A stretch of DNA of 64,000 bases. Origin: Catajapyx aquilonaris. Taxonomy: Eukaryota. Location: contig JYFJ02001991.1 in the NCBI GenBank assembly GCA_000934665.2, forward strand, positions 1 to 64,000, written 5' to 3'. The notes under the pieces are model-generated. The model had not been told where the DNA came from and ran no database searches. It worked only from the letters and a program-made list of their open reading frames with translations. The position numbers were made by a program, and so were the translations under genes. Positions 22,901 to 37,900 of the stretch are shown piece by piece. Numbering within the stretch: the stretch's first letter is position 1; every line of letters starts with the position of its first letter.

Positions 22901-25900
22901 ATATGGCATGTAGGTCATATCTAGGGCGCATTTCCAGGCGCTTGTTCCGGGCCAAGGCAATAGGCAGATTGCCCAGGGTGGTTTTGCTACATTACCCTCG
23001 TGAAGCGGTTATGGTCTCGGGGTGATATGAGCCGTCTGGGGGTGAATGGGGAGAGGAGGAGGGTGGAGGACCTCCCGCCAGGCCTCTGGGGGGCAAATGG
23101 CACGAATTTTCGGGAAGTAGACAGAGTTTTTTTTTGGTTAGGTTTTCTCCACGCTGTTGTTATGCGGTGAGAACGCGTTGAGTCAGTCGGGCAAGCTGTT
23201 CAGACCGTTTTAGGCTAAAATGTGGGCCTGCCAGAAAGTGTGACGTCAGTGGGAATGTGCCCAAGGTTCTAGGGCCAAGGGCCCAGGAGGCCTTGGAACA
23301 GGGGTTCCTAACTTTTTTCCGGTCGCGACCCCCTTTTATGATAGTCAAGTAAAGTAACCTGCGACCCTCCCTACCTCCCCGAGTGTTAGGAGATGATGAA
23401 AAAACAATTTGTGATGAAATTTCATATAAAATTTATTTTGCTAATTGTTTAAATTTTAGTTAATTATTTTGAAATTTATAAAATTAACCGCGGCCTCTCA
23501 CGGCCCCCTGGACCTGCTCCATGGCCTCCTTGGGGGGTGGCGATCCCCAGGTTGGGAACCCCTGCCTTAGAACGAGGTTTAACTAGGTGCATCATCACTC
23601 TCATGACCTCCCTAGATGCATCATCAACACCCTCGTGAACGCCCCAGGTGCATCAAGTCCCATGAACTCCCCAGGTGCATCATGACTCTCACGATTTCCC
23701 TAGAGGTTTTAGAAGGTTCATGAACTATAGAGGCGTCACAAGTCTCATGAACTCCAGGGAGGTGCTACCAGACTCATTACCTCCCCAGGTGCATCATAAT
23801 CTTCATGAATCCCCCTGGTGCGTCATGAGTGCCATGAACTCCCTAGACGGTTCATGAGCTTTTTGGATTCCTAAAGGCTCATAAACTAAGGTCTAGCCTG
23901 GCCGAGAAGGCCTTAGAACGAGGCTTAACTAGACACATCATCACCAGACTCATGAACTCCCCAGAGGTGCTACCAGTCTAATGAACTCCCTAGAAATGCT
24001 ACTAGTTTCGTGAACTCCATGGCCAGGTGTTACCAGACACATTAACTTCCTAGAGGTGCTTCCAGTCTTATGAACTCCCCATGAGCCTCATGGACTCCAT
24101 ACAGGTGTCACCAGTCTCATGAACTCCCTGGAGGTGTTACTAGACTCATGCACTCAAGGGGGTAATCACTCGACTGAAAAGTGTACACTGGAGTACCAAA
24201 GTCAAGGAGTACCAAGGAGTAATAAAGAGTGAGGTACCTGAGGAGTACCAGGGAGTACCACTCGCAGGTGTACACCGGAGTACCGAAGTGATTACCCCCT
24301 TGCATGCACTCCCTGCAGGTGCGACCAATCTCATGAACTTCCCAGGTGAGTCATGAGTGCCATGAACTCCATAGATTTTTCATGAGCCTCCTAAACTACG
24401 ATGCCCAAGCGACTGACGTGAGAGTATGGCTGACCGGGGAGGACAACCTGTGCGGGCCGGTGACTCCGCGTGAAGTCCCCGGCCCGCCAGAGGCTAACGT
24501 CCCCTGCCCGACTGTGGCTGTCCTGAGGAGAGCCCACCCTATACTAAGCCTTGACCAAGATGTTCTAGGGCTGACCAGTGATAGGACGAACCTAACACCT
24601 AGATTAATCCGTCCGAATTTGGAAGCTGGCCCTTTCCCCAGTTTTTTTCGCACTTGTCTGGCACTATCGACCAGACCCTGTCTATAGTCTATGCTTAAAA
24701 ACGAGGGGTCCTGGCCAATGAATGAGGGACCGTCGGCCGAAAAGTAACAAATCAGTGTTGTGGAAAAGCCTGAAAACCGGCGGAACTTCCTCTGTAGCTT
24801 TTGTGGAGAGAGAGGCCCGAGAGAGAGGAGGGGGGGGGGGACCTTTCTCCCAGATTGGCAAACTGAAAGAGAAGCTTTTCTGTCCTGATGAGGCCGTTTG
24901 TTTCCTTCTCCACGTCCAGGTGATATTTTAGACTTTTCCAACCCCGCTTCCACGTTCTCGTTTTCGGTCCCGGTGAACACGACTCGGACTCTGCTCACAA
25001 AGGCCTAAGATTGCTTGCTATGTCACTCGTGTTTCGCTCTATTGGACGTATCGGTCTGGATCGATTCCTTTAAAGCCAACTGGACACCATTGGATAGGCT
25101 TAGGGGGTCGAATTCACAACAATGAAGCCATACTTGAGTAAGTAATATATTATCAAAACTAGGTTATCTCATGTTGTCAAAAGTACGTTAATTTCTAGTC
25201 AACTCAACGTAAGAACCGTTAATAACCGTTGGAGCTGGTGAGTAGTGGTAAGGACCGTTAATAACCGTTATTAACTAGCAAGAAGCCAAGAACTGGTTAT
25301 AGCAGCCTGTGTGATAGAACCAGGCATAAATCAGAAAGTTTGCCTGTATATCTGGGGTACCTAACCCACTTTCGGACTACTGAGAGTGCTGAAATTTGGC
25401 ACACTGATAGTTTACATGTCGATGATTGAGGAAACGTCCGAAAATATCACTTTTTTGAGTCTAAATGTTCAATATTTAGGATATTTTACAAAGTTTGGTA
25501 CTTTCCTGCGGCGATTTTACTCCCACCAGAGATGGGGCTCCTACCCTCCCCTCCCCACCTCGTCATATCCTCCCCCGCCTCCCTGCCAATTCCTCCCCGT
25601 TCACCATGACCACCGGTTAGTTAGCAGAGTCTCTCTGACTGTAAGCTGTGATTGCGTTTCAGTTATCAATCCCCTTGCGAAGAACGGTTCCCCTGCTAGT
25701 TTCCAATACATGAACATGTTCACAATTGTTCCACCTTTGGGTAAGGTCATCAGGGTCATGAAAAGACTCACTAAATCTTAAATTCCTGTTTTTTGAAATG
25801 TTCGACCTTGGTTTTGAAAATGAAAATTTCGAAAATTTAATAACTGATCTGAATAAGGCTCAATCTCCTGTCCAATCCAAACTAGTTGACGTCTAGGGTA

Positions 25901-28900
25901 CGTGAAAGTGGGTTTTACGCCATAGGTTCCAATCTTCATGTCAGAACCTGTTGCATTGAGAACTTCCACTGACCCGAGATTTCTAGATGTCACCACCAGG
26001 TGTTGGGTCCCATGTATATGTATTCCCTACCAATTCTCAAAGGTATTGAGATTTCCCCCTTTTCACAAAAGAAATGCACGCTGGAGTTCCCACTTAGATC
26101 CTCCTTCCCCCCACAAAAAGTTTGAAGATCAAATGGGTTTTATAGTTGGTGTTGAAAGTTGACAAGTTCCGTTTTGGGAGTGGGTAAAACCGGACTGAAT
26201 AAAAAGAAATAGCAGGTGCCGCAGGATGGACTCATACATCACAAGAGCAGACAGTTCGATCTGTATAGGCTGTTTGCTTGTCCAATGCCAGACATTGGTC
26301 TCAAGTAAGTCGGGTTTTGGTTCGTGACGAGCTCAAATCAAAATCGGATCGGGCATATGGTTTGGGGGTCTTTTGTTGTGAGTTCAAAGTCCTTCAGGAG
26401 TTAACAAGTTGCGTGTGCTTGTAAAATGATGCTCGGTATCGTTTATAACCAGTTCCAGGCAGGTTCACTGCTATTAAGTCAGTTCTAGACAGTAATAAGT
26501 AATAAGAAGTGGTAATGGACAGCTCAAGACAGTGTTACCGGCTAAGAGCAGGTAATAACCAGCTTCAGCAAGTTTGAAACTGTCCCTTCTCCTTAAAACC
26601 CGTTCGACGTGGGTTAATCCAATCTCTAACGTTCTAACCTGCAATAATATTAGAGTCGGTTGTAAAATCGGTTCTTAGTGGCTTTAATCCCATCCCTGTT
26701 ATAGTTCACATGTTCTTACTGCTTCCCAGTTTAATCCGAGTTCTATTTAGTTCTAAATCAAGTCGTATCTGTTTGAACAGGTTCCAACTAGTTCATTGCC
26801 GCTTGGTAAAAACCGGTATGAACTGGTAAAACCGTTAATAACCGTCATGAACTACTGGTAGTAGTGATAAGTACCGTTAATGACCGTTACGAACTGGCGA
26901 GTACTAGTGAGAACAGTTAATAACCACTGGAACTGGTGAGTACTGGTAAGAACCGTTGATTACCGTTATGATATTGGTGATCGTCCCATGGTTATTAACG
27001 GTTCTGACCAGTACTCGCGAGTACTTGTCAGAACCGTTAATAACAGTTGGAACTGGTGAGTACAGGTAAAAACCGTTAACCGTTATGAATTGGTGCGTAC
27101 TGGTAAGGACCGTTAATAACCGTTATGAGCTGATGAGTAGTAGTAATAACCGTTAATGACCGTCATGAACTAGCAAAAATAAGTTATAACTGCCTACAAC
27201 GTGTTACAGACAGACACGTACGAACGAGACGAGAAAAACACTCAATGGAAACGACAGTGATTGGTTATTACCGGATAGAACTAGTTAGTGCCTCGAACCA
27301 GAATCTACTAACCGGTTCTATCCTGCATTAACCAATCCCCATCATTTCCATCCTAGTTTTTTCCCCTTTTCTACCTAACCTGACCTCTCTCGGTTCCGAG
27401 GACGGAGCTTTGAACCGTAGCCAAAAGGAAAAGCGGTATTGCAACTACGACGAAACGTAATACACTCTTCGTCAGAGTTTCGTTCCGATTCCAAACGTCG
27501 CAAAAAAAAGAAAGAAAATCGCGCGAGGAGTGTGACAAAAGCGTCGACTGGAAGTTTCCTGCTCGGAAGCAGGTATTTGCATCCTAATCAATAGGGTTCT
27601 GGAAGACGCCAAAGCAAAGGGAGATCTGATTATTTTTCCACTCCTACAATGGCATTTCCCTTCGCAATTGGCTCCCTCTGGATGAGGAAAAAAGGAACTT
27701 GGAAAACGAGGAGAACGGGGAAAAAAAGTAGCGAGGAATGATCGGGATGAGAGAGATTCATATAGTGTGTGAGTTAGAATGTTCTAATCTGATAGCTTTA
27801 ACGGTTTTTAACGGTTAACTGTTTAAAGGTTTCTAACGGTTCTTCGTTAGTTGGGTCGTGTGTACTGTAAAATTTTCCGAAACTTTTTAGTTAGAATGTT
27901 CTAATTTGATAGTTCTTAACGGTTTTTAACGGCCCTAACAGTTAACGGGTTTTCGTTAATATGATCATTAATACTACAATCATAGGCGCCACCTTTAAAA
28001 TTTTACGCTTTTGTTAAGTTCCGTAAGCTCTGACTGTCACAAGTCCTTTCTTCTGACCCTCAGAGTCCATTCTGGTCTTGGTTGCTAGTAACCCATTTTT
28101 CGGCACAGCCTCTACTTAGGCTGTCTCACGACTAATACAACGCCTAGCCTCTTCCCAGGCCATTCATCGGAGGCGTCACATTTTTAAAATCAGTGACCAT
28201 CACCACCGTCACAATTCACTCTTGATCTAGATTTAGCATTCATTTAACCGTTTTGACGGTTACCTGTTTAACGGTTAACGGTTTTAACGGTTCTGCGTTA
28301 GTGTGGTCGTGTATACTACAATCATGGATGTCCGTGAGTAAAGGTAAACACATAACAAGCTGTTCTTGATCAGTATTGACATAACAGTTAATTAATTAAT
28401 TGTAACAGCAAGACTCAAGCACAACTCAAGCACTTTTCTCATCTGTCACCATCACTATGAATCACCACCTTCTGCTGACCACCTATGGTAAATATCAGGC
28501 CCCCCTCACATGAATCATATCAATCCGTTCAGATCACTTTGTCCAATAGAGTAGCCTAGACTCTTCCAACCAATGGAAAGAGCTTTGTAGCACATTCCGT
28601 AGACTAAGCCGTGCATATATTTGTACTGTCGGAAGCGCAGAGAGATTACCTACTCTGAGTCTGACTCGAACGAAAACATTGACTTGGAGGAGAGAAGGAA
28701 AGTGCCCTAATCACATCCTGCAGCAACGAAAGCGACATGCTCTCTCTCCCCCTGTGTCTATCTCGCTCTATCATAGGCCTAGATTTTATTTTCTACTTCA
28801 GAACGATACTTCTTAAGAAAGCACTTCTTGTGATGAATGCAGGTAACGACTTCTGTTTGAGAAGTGGAGTAAATCTACTTATGCCTGAAATGTCTTGGGT

Positions 28901-31900
28901 TGTTTCTTTAGGAGAGGGTCAGAGCAAGACGAATCTTGGAAATGACATTTGTAGAGTTCAATGTCTTCTAGGCTTATGAATGTTTTATATTTTTGACAAA
29001 CAAGACTTAACTGGTGAGTACTGGCGAGAACCGTTAATAACCGTTGTGTGCTGGTGAGAACCGTTAATAACCGTTGTGAGCTGGTGAGAACCGTTAAAAA
29101 CCGTTGTGAAGTGGTGAGTACTGTTAATAACTGTTGTAAACTGGTGAGAACCGTTAATAACTGTTGTAAACTGGTGAGAACCGTTAATAACTGTTGTAAA
29201 CTGGTAAGAACCGTTAATAACCATTGTGATATGGCGAGTACTGGTGACAGCCATTAATAACTGTTGCAAACTACTGAGCTGGTGAGTACCGTTAATGACC
29301 GTTGTGAACTAGTGAGTAGTATACTGGTGACAACCATAAGTCCATAACCCTTGTGAATTGGTGAGTAATGGTGACAACCGTTAACAACCGTTACAAAATG
29401 GTTAGTATTGGTGAGAATCGTTAATAACCGTTATGAACTGGTGAGTACGGGTCTGATTGGCCAATTCAAATCCAGAGCAACGAATAATCCCTGGATGATA
29501 CTGGAAAGCAATAGTGCGGCGTCATGCGGCAACATCCCGGGGAAGGATCTATGAAAAAGTAGACGGGGGGGGGGGGGGGGNGGGGGGGTGTTCTGCAACA
29601 TCCCGGATCTAGAGGGTAGGATTAGGCTGTTAGGCCAAACCGACACGCCCAGGAGGCCGAAACCTAGTCCGGCCGCAGATGGCCCGCACATTCCAGGAAC
29701 CAGGTTCTATATGCCCCTCCCATCAAGACCCTCCCCTCGAATTCCGCATGGAAATTGCAACCCACTACGGATCACCCTCCCCGCAAAACGTGTCTGCAGG
29801 ATCCGTCTTCATTCTCCAAGTTCCTTGAGAAGTATTCCAGAATGAAATTTGATTTATTCCCGGTGAGTCCTCGATGAGATTCTTAGGGAAGATCGAGCGA
29901 TATTCGATTCCGCGGGTCGGGTTGGATTATGGTGTTTGGATTTGGGTAGGGGATGGGAAGGACCTGGTAGGAGGGGAGAGGCTGCGCGATGCATGATGAG
30001 TGACCGGAGCGAGGCTAGGAAATGACCTCAACCTGAACGAACCGGAGCCTAGCGTCCAATATACAGGACATCGCTGTGAACAAGTGAGTACTGGGCTACT
30101 GGTGACAACCGTTAGTAACCGTTATGAATTGGTGAGTACTGGTGACTAATGTTAGTAACCGTTGTGAACTCATGAGTACTGGTGACAATCGTCAGTAACC
30201 GTTTTGAACTGGTGAGTACTGGTGACAACCGTTAATAACCGTTACGAACTTGTGAGTAGCCCTACTGGTACACTATATTTAGTTCTTTTTCTAATAGAAA
30301 TAAAATATTCAGACAAGATTGGCAATTCGCGTGATTCGAGTAGACTTTTTCTCATTGGGAAGCGGGGAATGAGTCTGACAATATATTCCCCGTTGGCAAG
30401 GAGGTCAAGGACACACGCTTGTTACTTGACCTTGGCGGATATAGTAAATCCGGAAAACCGAAAGTATCAAGTCACGGAAAGTTTACCACAAAACCGATTT
30501 AGGGTCCGCTAAATCCGAATCCGAAAACCGTTTGTTGCTATCTCATACGGTTTAGGCCGCAATACATGTCCACGGACGGACGGACGGACGGACATAGCCG
30601 TTCTGTAATCCCTTTTTAGAGGAGAAAAGTCTACACAAGATTGACAAATCACATTGGGCAGTGGGAAATGACTCAAATGAGACTGACAATACGACACGAT
30701 TCAATTATAATAGGACAACAATGACATAGAATGTGGTCAGTCTCATTTCCAGTTGTTAAGAAGTGCAGTGGTTAAGGCGACCGACTGCTAATCGGGAGGT
30801 CTTGGGTTCGATATCTGAGGCCAGCGATTCTGACCGTGGTTTTCTGGGGTTTTCCACGGTCCGGCCGGTCCCCCCAGGATAATTACGGCTTCGCTTCCGT
30901 ATAATAGGCCACTGCCTCTTCCTTCCTTCCCTGTCCTTGGCCGCATCCATCCCTTGAGCCCATGGCCTTAGTTGCCTTGGATTCCCCAACAGAAACGAAA
31001 CGAAACGAAACCAAGTTGCCAAGAAACCCATGGAAATTTATAAGCTGCAGATTTGACCTTGGCGTATAGAGTGAACCCGGAAAACCGAAATGATCAGGTC
31101 ACCGGTAGTTGGCTATGAACCCTATTGACGGTCCGCTAAATCCGAATCCGAAAACAGTTTGTCGCTATCTCCTGCAGCTTGGGCTCTGATACCAGCCCAC
31201 GGACGGACAGACGGACAGGGCCGTTCTAAAATACGCTTTTAACGAGAAAAAGTCTGAAATTTAAATAATTCAGGCATATCTGGGTTAAAGCCCGGTTTTT
31301 GATCCTATGGGACACCAACCTCTAGGCCTAGATTTCTTTTCAACTCTATTTCCCCTCCAGGCCTCAGGTTTCGAAACCTGAAAACCCCCCATTGAAAGCC
31401 CGCCATTTCCACGCGTGTTCTGGGGGAAAAAAATTGGACCAAAAATGGAGGCTGACCAGTCTCTATTCATAGGAATTTTTTTCTATGAAAAGAGGAAGAG
31501 GGGGTATAATTAGAGAGAGTGAGACGTTTTTGGACGTGGAAAGTCGTCCTCTTCTAATTAGTCAGGCCCTCTGGCCTACTTAGCTCTAATAGCGGACAAA
31601 TTAGAGAGGCAATTTGAGGGGGGGGNNNNNNNNNGGGTTGCACGGGCTGTTGCAAAGGAAAGTTTTTGAAGTTTGGGGTGGGGGGTGGGGGTGGGCTCAC
31701 CGTGTTTCGGGGGAATTTTAACCGTGACCGCAAACCCAGGCCCCCGTAGAGAGTTGAAACCTGTTACTTGACGGATGAGATGGTTCAGCATCAATATTTG
31801 GGAGGAACCAGGGAGGTGTTGGAGGTTAAGGTGAGAGGAATTGATTTCAAGAGGAGGAATTGTCAGGATTTCACAATTTTATTTTTATTAATTTTTAATA

Positions 31901-34900
31901 CTTGCTATTTTACCAATCTGATTTATTTTATTATTTTACTATCACTACTTACCTATTGTATTGATTTCTACCATTTTACTATTTTGTTGATTTGTACTAT
32001 TTAGTGTGACCTTTACCAATTTTTAAATTTTTTACAATTTAACTATCACTATTTTCCCTATTTTATTTATTTTATTATCGCCTTTACCTATTTTATTAAT
32101 TTTTGCTATTTTATTGCCACTATATTACTTATTTATTTATTTTACTATTTTGGTCACACTATTGTACTAATTAACTATTTTACAATTTTCATTTTTACCA
32201 TTTACAATTTTTAACAAAATTACTATTTAACTATCGCTATTTTCTAATTTTATTAGTTTTTACTAATTTATATGTATTAATTTTTTACTAGGCCTCTGCC
32301 TATTTTGACACTATTTTATATTTATTCATTTTTACTATTTTTACAATTCATTTGCTCTTTTTAATATTTTAATCTTCCATGTGGTCCTTATTGTTGATTG
32401 CCCCGTTTAAATTGTTGAAATTTCACATTTCACATTATTGTTACTATTTTACTCTCACTACTTTATATTGATTTTAATATTTTACTATCACTTCTTCACA
32501 TTGAATTAAATATTTTATTATCATTGCTTTACCAATTTTATGAATTTTAATATTTTACAATCATTACCAATTTTATTAATTTTACTACGTATTTTACACT
32601 ATCACTATTTTATAATTTTATCTATTTTTACTACTTGCTATTATTTTGTACATTTTTTTTCTCTTCCATTTGGTCCTTCAAATTGTCGATTACCCACTTT
32701 AAACTGTAAAAATTTCACATTTTCACAAATTAATTCGTAATGTCAACTCATTTATTGGTGACACTCTCTCCGACTACTTTTCCCACCGCTAGATGTCTTT
32801 CGCCAATCTGCCTGTCAAGACGGCGTGACGTCACCGTTTTCCCCTCGTCGATTCGATATTTATAAAGCTGAGTGGTTACTCTAGGGCGAATCATTGTTGA
32901 AGGGAGCGAAAAACATAAAGTCAACTGGTGAAAGCTTTACCTTTGGGAGCTTGATAAAAAGGAGCACTTCCTAGGCAAGCTCTTCTTGAAGGAAACGAAA
33001 AGGAAGGAAACGAAAAAAGAAAGAAGGTAGGCCAATCTCACCTTTCGTTTTCTTAACCTTTTTTTTTCTTCTTCTTCTTTAGAAGGACGGAGAAACGGAC
33101 TGGCCGTTTCTAGGGTTTGATACGTGAAAAGGCCACCGGATCTGAAAGTCCTGGCACATTTATAGCCTCCACTTTGGGACAGAATAGGGAGCTGCTTAGT
33201 GGAAGGGTCAGCGAGTAAACGGTTTCCAATCCAGACCATTGATTGGTGGTGACTCGATACCTTTTGGTCTCCAGGGTTGGAGGTTTTTTTTACGAGAGAA
33301 AATGCTGAGGTTGGACTGTGGAAGTGGAAGATATTGAGTTTATTAACAATATATGGTGCTAGATGTGCACACTCATAATGACGAAGTTACTCAATTTTTT
33401 ACTGCGATTCAATATATTGTTACTGTATTTTTACTGTGGTATATGAAATTGTTCCTGTAATTTTATGGTACTTTATTACATAGTTGCTGTAATTGTACTG
33501 TAACTTATTACATAGTTGCTGTAATTGTACTGTAATTTATTACATAGTTGCTCTAATTTTACTGTAATTTATTACATAGTTGCTGTAATTGTACTGTAAT
33601 TTATTACATAGTTGCTGTAATTGTACTGTAATTTATTACATAGTTGCTGTAATTGTACTGTAATTTATTACATAGTTGCTGTAATTGTACTGTAATTTAT
33701 TACATAGTTGCTGTAATTGTACTTAATAGGAATTATGGGACTTATTCATAGCCAATATCATTGTACTGTAATAATGTACTGAATGTACTGAATAATGTAC
33801 TGAATGTACTGAATAATGTACTGAATGTACTGAATAATGTACTGAATGTACTGAATAATGTACTGAATGTACTGAATAATGTACTGAATAATGTACTGAA
33901 TGTACTGAATGTACTGAATAATGTACTGAATGTACTGAATAATGTACTGAATGTACTGAATAATGTACTGAGTGTACTGAATAATGTACTGAATGTACTG
34001 AATAATGTACTGAATGTACTGAATAATGTACTGAATGTACTGTATTGTACTGTATTGTACTGTAATAATGTACTGTAATAATGTACTGTATGTACTGTAT
34101 TGTACTGTAATAATGTAATAATATAATTGTACTGTAATTTACTACACTGTTTCTGGAATTTTACTGTAATTCATTATATTGTTACTACATTTTACTATCA
34201 TTCAATGCATTGTTTATGTAATTTTACTGCGATTTATTGAATTAATTTTTGCTATATTTTACACTGTAAAATGTAGCAAAAATTAATATAATAAACCACT
34301 AAAATTTACAGTAATTTATTAAATTAATTTTTGCTACATTTTTACTGTGATTAATATATTATATTGTTACTGTATGTTTACAGTGGTCAGTGAGTCAGTG
34401 TATTTTGACTGTATCTTTACAGTGAGTCAGTGTATTTTGACTGTATCTTTACAGTGAGTCAGTGTATTTTGACTGTATCTTTACAGTGAGTCAGTGTATT
34501 TTGACTGAATGGTCACATTAATATAATTATACTGTAAAATTTATGTGAATATACAGCAATCCATATACTGTAATTTGCGTAAATAAAATGCTATATAGAG
34601 TAGGGAAGCAGAGAGGCCATTGTTGTTCCTATTTCTATTGACCTTCAGTACTAATAAATTTGGCATATTATTCGCCAAATATTGCAGGACTCCATCTATC
34701 AGCACCCAGGTCCTCCCATACCTTCAACAATAGATCTTCATAGACATTCAGACAACGGTCCTCCAACAAAGCCACATCTGATCTCAGCCTCTGGACACGC
34801 CCGAACCGAACCGCATTTTGGCAATGATATAGCAAAGATGAGAGGAAATTGGGGTGGAAAAGTTGAAAATCTGCTGAACTGCCTTCCTTTCTCCTTCACT

Positions 34901-37900
34901 TCCCTCCCCCCCCCCCCGCCTTCCCCCTACCAACTGCCATTAAAATTCAGTGCACTTGGACCGATAGATAGGCTTCACTTTGCTCCGTTTTCTTTTTCTG
35001 GCCCCGTCTTTCCTCCTCTAACTTTCCTTTTATTCCGTCGGCGAGGTTACCAAAGGCCAAAATAGAATCCCTGAAGACGCTAGGAGGCACAAGAAGAAGA
35101 AAAAAGTAGAAGAAAAAAAAAATCTGAAGAAATAGAGCAGAGGGAGCTTTTCGGGTTTTGTTACAGTGTTCGACATAGTCTACACAAGTTATTGTCGAAA
35201 GGTATTGTCTTGAGGGGAAGTTTAGGTGAGACTATAGGTGAGGTAAGTCAGGAAAAATTCTGGTCAAATTAGGCACAATTTTTGGCCAAGAAAAATTCTC
35301 CAAGAAATTGTCCAAGAAAATTCTCCAAGAAAAATTCTAAAATGACCTAAATGACCTAAAATGACCTGGGTATCGTATTGAGAGGAAGTTTAGGCGGCTA
35401 CAGGTGGGAAGTCAGGAAAATATCTGGTCAAATTAGGCACAATTTTTGGCCAAGAAAAATTCTCCCAAGAAATTGTCCAAGAAAATTCTCCAAGAAAAAT
35501 TCTAAAATGACCTAAATGACCTAAAATGACCTGGGTACCGTATTGAGAGGAAGTTTAGGCGGCTACAGGTGGGAAGTCAGGAAAATTTCTGGTCAAATTA
35601 GGCCCAATTTTTGGCCAAGAAATTCGTAACATTTTCTAAAATGACCTCAAATGACCTGGTCATTGCCTTCAGGGGAAGTTTAGGTGACTATAGCTGGGAA
35701 GTCAGGAAAATTTCTGGTCAAATTATATAGCATTTTTGGCTTAGAAAGTTGTAACATTTTCTCAAATGACCTCAAATGACCTGGGTATTGTCGAGGAGAA
35801 GTGTAGGTGACATGGGGAGGTAGGCTAAGTCAGGAAAATTTCTTATAAAATTAGGAACATTATTGTCCAAGGAAGTCGTAACATTTTTCTAAAATGACCC
35901 AAATGACTTAAATGGCCTAAAATGACCTGGGTATTGTCTTGCGGGGAAGTGTAGGTGACTATAGGTGAGGTAAGTCAGGAAAATTGCTTCTGAATTGGGA
36001 ACAAGAAAGATGGACCATTGTTAAAAAATGGCCTGGTCTCTCGAGATCATCCTTGAGACCTCCAAATGGTCAGTCAGGGCCATGGTAATGGTCAAAAAAT
36101 ACATCAGTTGCCTCGACTTAGGCTGCAACGCGACTTGTTTACGAAGCAGCTAGCCTCTAACCAGGTCCAGCTTCGGACATACACATATCCACGCCATCTA
36201 GGAGCAATCAATTTTTGGCCATTGTCGACCATACCAAGGTGACATATACGCAGTAAATGTGCGGAGAATCCTTGTGAAAATTCCCAGACTCGATACATCC
36301 AAACCAAAGAAATGTCTCCCTATTGTCACTCCATGCACCAGTGACGTTCTCCCCCCACTGTCGAATTGATCCTGGTTCCATTGTGTCGTCTTGCTGGACC
36401 AGAAACGTTCGAAACAAAAGGTTTACTCACCCACAATATGGAGATACCCGAACTGGGTCTTGGCTGTGACGGTGTTGATCTGGCACATGTAACGTCCCTT
36501 GTCCGCCTCCTGGACGTCATGGATGTGGAGGAACCAGGTCCGATGCTTGTCGTGGGACACGCTGATTCGGGGGTTCCTGGTGATCACGTGGTTCTGAACG
36601 GTCAGTATGGCCGAACGCTCGTAGTGAATCCACGCCACCTGTAGGGAGTCAGAAGGCCAGCTTTAGAGCTTAAAATTATCTACCGAATGCAACGGTTAAA
36701 ATGCAACGATCAAATAATTGTAACCATCAAAATGTAACAGTAGAAATGTAACGGTTAAAATGCAACTATTAAAATATAACAGTCAAAATTCAACGGTCAA
36801 AATGGAACTGTCAATATGGAACTGTTAAAATGTAACAGCCAAAGTGTAACGGTCAAACTGCAACTGTTAAAATGTAACGGTCAAAATGCAACGGTCCAGA
36901 TGTAACGGTTAGATTCTAACACTTACATTTTGACCGTTACATTCTAACCGTTAGAATGTAACGGTCAAGATATAACGGTTAGATTCTAACACTTACATTT
37001 TGACCGTTACATTCTAATCGTTAGAATGTAACGGTCAAGATGTAACGGTCAACATGTAAATGTTTGAATCTAACCGTTGCATTTTGACAGTTACATTTTA
37101 ACAGTTGGAGGTTGAAATTTGCATGTAACAGGTGCATTTTAACCGTTGCATTTTGACCGTTACATTCTAACCGTTAGAATGTAACGGTCAAAATGTAACA
37201 GTTTGAGTTTAGCCACCCTCTGCACCCCCAATATGAGGTTAAGTTCGATGTTTTTCTAGAAGACAGATGCGTCTATACCTGTCGGTGAACCCTGGTGGAG
37301 GCTACCTGCTTTGTCAACCCCCTAGTACGAGGCTAATCTCATTTTTTCGCCAAAAAAACAAGCTAGTGAGTCCACGCCACCTACCTAAAACTACAAGAAG
37401 CACTTAGTGGTTCTTCCATCCTAATTGTGCAAGTAGCAATCTCAGAATTGCTCTCTAGAGTTCGCTTCGCATCTTCATTCCTCTTTACAACAAACGAAAA
37501 AAAACAACAACAACATGGAAGTAGGATATACCCCCTAGTGGCACTGCCTTTTCCTTGATCCACCTTCAGAATGGAGAAAAGCTAAGCACCAGGAAATGGG
37601 AACTTGGGGGAGTATAAAGCCTTCTTTCCCCTTCCATCGCCATCTTTTCTATTTTGAGAAATCGCTTCAAAGATGGAGAAAAGTTTATTATTGCAACCCA
37701 TTTCTTTAACATGTATGAGTCAAGAAAGTAGCTGATTAGAGTGTTACAATTTAGCGGTGACGTCAACACTATGCATATTAGTCTCTTGTGTTTTCTAGGA
37801 CGAAAAAAACTCGGGGAAAATTTTTTCCAGTGGCAAGCTGCTTCTTTTCCCCCTTCTCTCTTGTTATGCCGCCATTATCTTCCTCCCCTTCTTCCATCAC

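Noticed and set aside
24396..24998. Longest ORF in the track (200 aa)
   Set aside because: No recognisable domain or motif and no convincing splice context; consistent with a chance ORF in GC-richer intron DNA
31620..31640. N runs within poly-G (also 29581 and 54027)
   Set aside because: Assembly or sequencing uncertainty at homopolymers, not biology
33761..34078. ORF of NVL/NNVL repeats
   Set aside because: Translation of a 21-bp minisatellite; no splice or domain support
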